This document shows, piece after piece, positions 58,172 to 64,000 of a stretch of DNA of 64,000 nucleotides. Made by a program: the position numbers and the translations under genes. This DNA comes from Candidatus Sericytochromatia bacterium (lineage in GTDB: Bacteria > Cyanobacteriota > Sericytochromatia > S15B-MN24 > UBA4093): assembly GCA_036676985.1 (NCBI GenBank), contig JAKFBU010000043.1, positions 38,668 to 102,667 of the forward strand, in the 5' to 3' direction. The notes beneath the pieces are model-generated. The model saw nothing but the letters and a program-made list of their open reading frames with translations. It ran no database searches and was not told the origin of the DNA. Each line of letters begins with the position of its first letter. Position 1 is the stretch's first letter.

Positions 58172-58597
58172 TTACTTCAGCAGGTAGCCCGAGGCGATGA
58201 TCAGGTTGCCGATGAGGATGGCCGAGGCCGGCACGCCCAGCAGGATCTTGATGGGCCGGTAGAAGGCCGCGGTGAAGCACAGGATGGGCACGCCCACGGC
58301 CCCGAAGATCATGGCGTACGAGCCCGCGACCTTCCAGGTCGTGCTGAGGGTCGTCTCATCGATGTACTGCCCGAAGAGGATGTTCAGGACCGGCAGCATG
58401 ATGAAGGCCACGTGCCCCAGGCGGATCAGCCGGCGCGGAATGGAGCTGTAGCCGTCGAGCCAGGTGGGGCCTTCCTTCATGGTGTTGAGGCCGAACTGTT
58501 CGGCCTTGAGGCCCATCAGCAAGCCTGTGATGAACCCCATGTTCATCCAGACCCAGCCGAACACGATGTTGAGGTAGCCTACGGGGTGTGCGTCCAA
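58172..58597 (-). CDS. Small multi-pass membrane protein with RRLIRLGH motif
   Basis: About 4 TM helices; WLDGYSSIPRRLIRLGHVAF; TTG start after AAGGA (start uncertain). Confidence 0.75.
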   Translation of the reverse strand: MDAHPVGYLNIVFGWVWMNMGFITGLLMGLKAEQFGLNTMKEGPTWLDGYSSIPRRLIRLGHVAFIMLPVLNILFGQYIDETTLSTTWKVAGSYAMIFGAVGVPILCFTAAFYRPIKILLGVPASAILIGNLIIASGYLLK

Positions 58598-58760
58598 GCC
58601 GTTACCGTCCTTAAATGAACCATGCAGGGGCCGCCTCAGGTATTCCCGCCGAGCGGCCGCATCAAACACTTGCTCGCAAGCGCCGCGTGACGGCTCAGAA
58701 GGGGCGATAAATGGCGATCTTGCCCCGTTTGAGGGTATACTGTGGGGGCTCAACCTGGTT

Positions 58761-59924
58761 TTGAGAGGCATCGACGTCGTGCGCACCTTCTTGATCTACC
58801 TGGCCATCATCACCGGCTTCCTCAACCTGTTCCTGCAGGTCCCCCTGACGCCGGTTTACGCCCGGGGCCTCACGACCGACCTCCTGCTCGTCGCCCTCGC
58901 GGTCTCCGCCTACTCCATTGCGAACCTCGTCGGCAACCTCTTCTCGGGCCTGGTCGTCGATCGCTTCAACAAGGTCACGGTCCTCGTGGGCGGCCTGCTG
59001 CTCGGGGCCCTTGCCATGTGGGGCTCCGGCAGCGTCTCGACCATCCAGGGCCTCATTCCCTTCCTGATGCTCAACGGCCTGGCCATCTCGGTGGTGACGC
59101 CCGCGGCCTACACGCTCTTGAGCCGCCACCTGAGCGACGAGGAGCGCGGCCCGGGCATGGCCCGCTCCGGCGTGACCATCGGCTTGGCGGCCATGATGGG
59201 GCCGCCCATCGCGGGCCTCATGGCCGATCGCCTCGGCGAGCCCGGTGCCTACCGGGCCATCGGCGCCTTCCTGGCCGTCATGGCCGTGGTCATGGCCGTG
59301 TCCCTCAAGCGCCCCGAACAGGACGAGAACGCGGACGTGGGTCTCTCGGACCTCTGGGCCATCCTGGGCGATCGCAAGCTTTTCCTCGCCTGGGTGGGCG
59401 CGTTCACCCTCATGTTCGTCAACGGCGGCCTCGTCTTCGCGCTGCCTTCCTACGTGAAGGGCATGGGCTACTCGGCCGCGATGGTGGGCGCGCTGTTCAG
59501 CACGTTCGCCATCAGTGCGATCGCCGTCTTCGTCACACCCCTGGGCAACCTGGCCAAGCGAGTGGGGCCCGCGCGGGCGCTCGCGGCCGGTGCGGCTCTC
59601 ATGGCGGTGGGCTGCGGGGCGCTCTCCCTGCTCCACCCCCTGCCCGCCCTGATCGCGGCCATGGCCGTCTACGGCGTGGGCTTCGGCCTGGTCTTCCCGG
59701 CGGCCCTCGCGGCGCTCGTCACCAACGCACCCGAGCATGCGCGCGGCTCGGCCTTCGGCATCTTCTACGCCATCTTCTCCTTGGGGGCGATCGCCGGACC
59801 CTTCGCCCTCTCGCAGGCGGGCCCCCTGCACGTCAGCCCCTTCATCCTGGCGGCGGCGTTGCCGGTCCTCTTCTCGCTGATCCTGACCGTCCTGGGGCGG
59901 CGCCTCATCAGCATCGTCGGCTAG
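58761..59924 (+). CDS. MFS transporter
   Basis: About 12 TM helices; GLVVDRFNK, GPPIAGLMADRLG. Confidence 0.9.
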   Translation: MRGIDVVRTFLIYLAIITGFLNLFLQVPLTPVYARGLTTDLLLVALAVSAYSIANLVGNLFSGLVVDRFNKVTVLVGGLLLGALAMWGSGSVSTIQGLIPFLMLNGLAISVVTPAAYTLLSRHLSDEERGPGMARSGVTIGLAAMMGPPIAGLMADRLGEPGAYRAIGAFLAVMAVVMAVSLKRPEQDENADVGLSDLWAILGDRKLFLAWVGAFTLMFVNGGLVFALPSYVKGMGYSAAMVGALFSTFAISAIAVFVTPLGNLAKRVGPARALAAGAALMAVGCGALSLLHPLPALIAAMAVYGVGFGLVFPAALAALVTNAPEHARGSAFGIFYAIFSLGAIAGPFALSQAGPLHVSPFILAAALPVLFSLILTVLGRRLISIVG

Positions 59925-59946
59925 CCGAGGGGGGCCCGAGGAATGG

Positions 59947-59976
59947 AAAAGCCCCCGGCCGGAGCCGGGGGCTTTC
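59947..59976. terminator. Bidirectional terminator
   Basis: AAAAGCCCCCGGC-CGGA-GCCGGGGGCTTT. Confidence 0.8.
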
Positions 59977-59989
59977 AATGTAACCGCGC

Positions 59990-61450
59990 CTACTTGCGGG
60001 TGCGGGCGTTGAGGATCTTCACGAACGAGCGGCTGCGGATCTCCTCGATCGAGAGGCCCGTCACGAGGGCCTCCTCCTCGGTGATGGCGCCGCAGCTGAT
60101 GCCGCGCAGGAAGAAGTTCAACAGGCCCTGGCCGGTCGCCGCGTCGTCGAAGACGTCGCCCACGAGCGTGGCCTGGGCGGCCTTCTCGATGAAGTTCTTG
60201 AGGCGCGCCGAGGCCGCCTCCAGCCCTTCGAGGAAGAAGGCGTAGACCGCGCCGTAGCGGGTCGGCAGCTGGCCGGGGTTGAGATCCCAGCCCTGGTAGA
60301 AGCCGTTGACGAGCGAGTGGCGCACGTCGTCGTAGTGGTGCTTCCACGCGCGGTGCACGATCGTCCGGTTCTCGAGGACCTGCTCGGGGGTGAGCGGCGT
60401 GCCGTCCGCCCCGACGCGGTGGGGACCGATGGGCATGACGGTCGTGGCGCCGTCCGAGATCATGACGCCCGTGCCGGCCAAGGAGACCTGCATGACGTGC
60501 TTGGCGAAGTCGCAGGCGGCATGCTGCATGTGCTGGTAGGCCGCGGTGATGTTGCAGCCCGCCGTGTAGTCGTAGGTGCCGAAGTGGGCGCCGGTGCAGC
60601 GGCCCTTGGCGGCCTGGACCAGCCCGGGCAGGGCGACCTGGCCCGAGTGGCTGATGATGGACTGCGGCATCTCGACCATCAGCTCCATCTTGAGGCTGCC
60701 GGGTGCCAGGCCGAGCTTGGACTCGAGCAGGTCGAAGAGCACGACGAGGACTTCGACCTGCTCGGGGATGGTGACCTTGGGCAGCGTCACGACGAAGTTG
60801 TCGGGGAGCTTGCCCTGGGTCTCGCCCACGAGCGTGGTGATGAAGATGTCGAGGGTGCGGATGCTGCGGGTGCGCAGCTCCTCGGTGAAGGGTTTGATGC
60901 GGATCCCGAGGAAGGGGGGCAGCGTGCCGTTCGCCATGCCCTTTGCCACTTCCTGGGCGGTGAAGGCGGCGTGGTGGTCCTCCTCCTCGTCCGGGCGGTT
61001 GCCGTAGCCGTCCTCGAAGTCGATGCGGTAGTCCTCGACCGCCTCGCGGGTGAGCTTTTCGACCACGCGCGTGTACAGGGTGTACGCGAGCCACGCGGGC
61101 TGGTTGCTCGTGCGGGCATGCGGGTCCTTGCCGATGCGCTCCTCGAGGGCCGCGATCTCGGTCAGGCTCTCGGGCAGCGACTCAGCGCCGGGCAGGCCGA
61201 TCACCTTGGCGAAGGACACGGAGTTGGGAGCGTACTCTTGCAGGGTCTTGAGCGCGATGCCGCTGATCTTGCGGGCGGTGTCCGACTTGAAGAGCTGGGC
61301 GCCGCCGTAGACCGTGTGCACCGGCTGGCGATCGCCCGAGTCTCCGGGATAGTGGCCGGTGAAGGTCGTGTTGGCGGCATGCAGCTTGGCGAGAATGCCC
61401 TGGGTGGCCTCAGCGGTCAGGCTGAACTTGGGAGTGACGGTGGTCGCCAT
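59990..61450 (-). CDS. HpcH/CitE/malate-synthase-superfamily TIM-barrel enzyme (DUF6986-like)
   Basis: RQPVHTVYGGA, RIDFEDGYG, TLPKV, MVEMPQ, HFGTYDY, GWDLNPGQ. Confidence 0.75.
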   Translation of the reverse strand: MATTVTPKFSLTAEATQGILAKLHAANTTFTGHYPGDSGDRQPVHTVYGGAQLFKSDTARKISGIALKTLQEYAPNSVSFAKVIGLPGAESLPESLTEIAALEERIGKDPHARTSNQPAWLAYTLYTRVVEKLTREAVEDYRIDFEDGYGNRPDEEEDHHAAFTAQEVAKGMANGTLPPFLGIRIKPFTEELRTRSIRTLDIFITTLVGETQGKLPDNFVVTLPKVTIPEQVEVLVVLFDLLESKLGLAPGSLKMELMVEMPQSIISHSGQVALPGLVQAAKGRCTGAHFGTYDYTAGCNITAAYQHMQHAACDFAKHVMQVSLAGTGVMISDGATTVMPIGPHRVGADGTPLTPEQVLENRTIVHRAWKHHYDDVRHSLVNGFYQGWDLNPGQLPTRYGAVYAFFLEGLEAASARLKNFIEKAAQATLVGDVFDDAATGQGLLNFFLRGISCGAITEEEALVTGLSIEEIRSRSFVKILNARTRK

Positions 61451-61581
61451 CGATCATCTCCTTTGAGGATCAGGTCAGGGGGGTCCACAACAGACAGTAA
61501 GGGCCATTATCCCGCAAATCATGCGCCCTGTCGATCGCTCGACGACACGAGCGAATGGCTGTCAAGTCGACTAGGCGCGCT

Positions 61582-62466
61582 TTAGGGGCGATCGCCCATG
61601 CTGTCCGCCGCCTGAGTAGCCTCGCTACCCGCCGCGCCGAGGACCTGAGCCGCCCACAGCTTGAGCTCCGGCCCGAGGGAAGAGTCATCCGGCACGGGCG
61701 TGGGATGACCCGCGAGCGTTCGAGCCGCCGCATGGAGGATGGGACGGGCGCCGTCCGCCTCTCGGATCCACAGGTCCTTGCCGAAGTGCAGGATGCGTTG
61801 CAGCCGATCGACCTCCATGCGGTGGGCGGCGAGCACGCTCGCCAGGTCGCGGGAGCGGAAGAGCAGCTCCCGGCTCGCGTCGCGCAGGTCGGAGGCGAGG
61901 GTGTTGACCGTGCCAAGCGCCGCGTCGAACCCGACGTCCTGCCGGAAGGCCGCCGCCGTCCACTCTCGGGCGACGCGGATCCGGCGTCGGAAGAGCGAGC
62001 GGTACAAAAGGGCGCTCAGCAGGAAGTTGACGAGAAAGGCCGCCGCGGCGCCGATGAGCACCGCGAGCACGCGGGTCTCGAAGTGCTCGGGGGCGGAGGT
62101 CGGGCCGAGGATGACCACGAAGAGCGCGGTGAAGGCCGAGACGATGTGGGCGTCCTTGAGCTTGGCGAGTCCCGAGAGGAGGACCGATAGTCCGACGGCG
62201 AGTCCCAGGGCCGACGGCCCGCGGAAGCCGGCATACAGCAGGAGGGTGGCCACGAGTCCGCCGACGAGGCTGCCCGAGACCTGCTGGACCGAGCGCTTGA
62301 GGCCCGTGACGACCGTGGGCGAGGTGCAGACGACGGCGACGAACGTGGCCGAGATGGCGTCGTTGACGTGCAGGTAGTTGGTCGCCACCAGCGCCAAGGC
62401 GGAGGCGAGGCCGACCTTGAGGCTATAGACGGGCCAGTTGGTCAGGGGGAGCGGTAAGTTCGCCAT
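61582..62466 (-). CDS. Aromatic acid exporter/FUSC-like membrane protein
   Basis: KVGLASALA, A...AVV..SPT...GL, R...VLIG. Confidence 0.75.
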   Translation of the reverse strand: MANLPLPLTNWPVYSLKVGLASALALVATNYLHVNDAISATFVAVVCTSPTVVTGLKRSVQQVSGSLVGGLVATLLLYAGFRGPSALGLAVGLSVLLSGLAKLKDAHIVSAFTALFVVILGPTSAPEHFETRVLAVLIGAAAAFLVNFLLSALLYRSLFRRRIRVAREWTAAAFRQDVGFDAALGTVNTLASDLRDASRELLFRSRDLASVLAAHRMEVDRLQRILHFGKDLWIREADGARPILHAAARTLAGHPTPVPDDSSLGPELKLWAAQVLGAAGSEATQAADSMGDRP

Positions 62467-62655
62467 GTAGACACCTCAGGCTCCCATGTTAAGGGTCTCA
62501 AAATACCTGTCGGTGATGCTGATCAAGCATCTATGCGAGTCTTGTGTCTTGTGACAGAACCATGACATTCTGCAAGCCCGCCCATGACATGGCCTGTCTA
62601 AGATAAAGAGAGGGCCTGTTGCGGGGCCTGTTTGATATATAAAGGTGGTAACAAC

Positions 62656-63924
62656 TTGGCACGACTCGATGATTATCGGCTGACCCTCGGGTCCAATGAA
62701 TACGTTCCGCTCGTCATCGGCGGCATGGGCGTCGACATCTCGACCTCCAAGCTCGCCCTGGAGGCGGCTCGCCTCGGCGGCATCGGTCACATCTCCGACG
62801 CGCTCGTCCTGTCCGTCTCGGACCGCTACTTCAAGACGGCGTTCCTGCGCGAGAAGACCACCCGTTACAAGGACGTGGCGACCATGGAGCACAAGCGCGA
62901 GGTCCAGTTCGACCTCGCGGCCGTCCGCGAGGCCCAGATGCGCCACGTGGGCGCCGCCATGGACGCCAAGCGCGGCCCGGGCGCCATCTTCGTGAACGTC
63001 ATGGAGAAGCTGACAATGAACGCGCCCAAGGAGACGCTCCGGACGCGCATGGCGGCGGCGATGGACGCCGGCGTGGACGGCATCACCCTCAGCGCCGGCC
63101 TGCACCTGGGCTCGCTGGAGCTCGTCGCGGACCATCCGCGCTTCCGGGACGTGAAGTTCGGCATCATCGTCTCGTCGTCGCGGGCCCTCGCGCTCTTCCT
63201 CAAGCGGGCCAAGCGCGTCGATCGCATGCCGGACTACGTCGTGGTCGAGGGGCCGCTCGCGGGCGGTCACCTGGGCTTCGGCATCGACGACTGGCAGAAG
63301 GCGGACCTGCCCACCATCATGGACGAGGTCATCGCGTTCCTCGCCAAGGAAGGCCTCACGATTCCCGTGATCGCCGCGGGCGGCGTCTTCACGGGCACGG
63401 ACGCGGTGCAGTACATGCAGCGGGGGGCTGCGGCCGTCCAGGTCGCGACGCGCTTCACCATCACCCAGGAGTGCGGCCTGCCCGACGCGGTCAAGCAGAC
63501 CTACCTGGGCGCGGGCCTCGAGGACGTCGAGGTGAACACCCAGTCGCCCACGGGCTACCCCATGCGCATGCTCAAGTCGTCGCCCGCCATCGGGTCCAAC
63601 CTCAAGCCCAACTGCGAGACCTTCGGCTACCTGCTGGACTCGGAGGGCGGTTGCGGGTACCTGGATGCCTACAACAAGACGGGCTACGACCCCGAGACGG
63701 GCAACAAGCTGCCCGTGCAGGACAAGACCTGCCTGTGCACGCACATGAACGCCTTCAAGGTGTACACCTGCGGGCACTACGTCTACCGCCTCAAGGAGAC
63801 GACGGTATTGGAGGCCCCTGGTCGCTACCACCTGCCCACGGCGGAGCACGTGTTCTGGGACTACCAGTACAGCGAGGACCACAAGATCGCGCTGCCCAAG
63901 GCGCCTAGCCTCGTGACCGTCTAG
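62656..63924 (+). CDS. Nitronate monooxygenase/FabX-like FMN enzyme
   Basis: IGGMGVDIS, LSAGL, EGPLAGGHLGF, IAAGG, QVATRF...ECG; Cys-rich C-terminus. Confidence 0.85.
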   Translation: MARLDDYRLTLGSNEYVPLVIGGMGVDISTSKLALEAARLGGIGHISDALVLSVSDRYFKTAFLREKTTRYKDVATMEHKREVQFDLAAVREAQMRHVGAAMDAKRGPGAIFVNVMEKLTMNAPKETLRTRMAAAMDAGVDGITLSAGLHLGSLELVADHPRFRDVKFGIIVSSSRALALFLKRAKRVDRMPDYVVVEGPLAGGHLGFGIDDWQKADLPTIMDEVIAFLAKEGLTIPVIAAGGVFTGTDAVQYMQRGAAAVQVATRFTITQECGLPDAVKQTYLGAGLEDVEVNTQSPTGYPMRMLKSSPAIGSNLKPNCETFGYLLDSEGGCGYLDAYNKTGYDPETGNKLPVQDKTCLCTHMNAFKVYTCGHYVYRLKETTVLEAPGRYHLPTAEHVFWDYQYSEDHKIALPKAPSLVTV

Positions 63925-64000
63925 CCACCGCCTCCGCGTACGCCGCGGGGTCGTTCAAATCCAACCAGGGAGCGTCGAGGTCCAACGGGATCTCGACGCT

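Overview
High-GC bacterial chromosomal window, mostly core genome. Several markers suggest a non-photosynthetic relative of Cyanobacteria such as Sericytochromatia (inference only): a Ycf23/DUF561 gene, a cyanobacteria-like RpsU, frequent GCGATCGC, and a Firmicutes-like phoH-ybeY-dgkA-cdd-era-recO order. Contents in order: (1) a cobalamin-riboswitch operon (acyl-CoA thioesterase, Kdd-like dehydrogenase, class Ia nrdA cut by the window edge); (2) tRNA-Gly/Cys/Val; (3) smpB and the yceD-rpmF-plsX-fabHDG-acpP-fabF-rnc-rpe operon; (4) the phoH...recO operon with insertions; (5) an ECF sigma/anti-sigma unit, ybaB-recR and lysS; (6) a 44-50 kb cluster of uncharacterised proteins; (7) purine/allantoin catabolism; (8) a membrane protein-ACP-B12 radical SAM operon. 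Best candidates for new biology: (a) four proteins without Sec signal peptides that share a FlgM-like D-x-[VIL]-x-[IL]-[SG] motif, have sigma28-like promoters and carry LysM, amphipathic or glycine-zipper domains, possibly a flagellar/type III-exported effector set; two of the genes share a G-quadruplex-plus-hairpin 3' cassette; (b) the riboswitch-controlled Kdd paralogue, a possible B12-independent bypass; (c) the three-gene ACP/radical SAM unit. All calls come from reading the sequence by eye; no searches were run.
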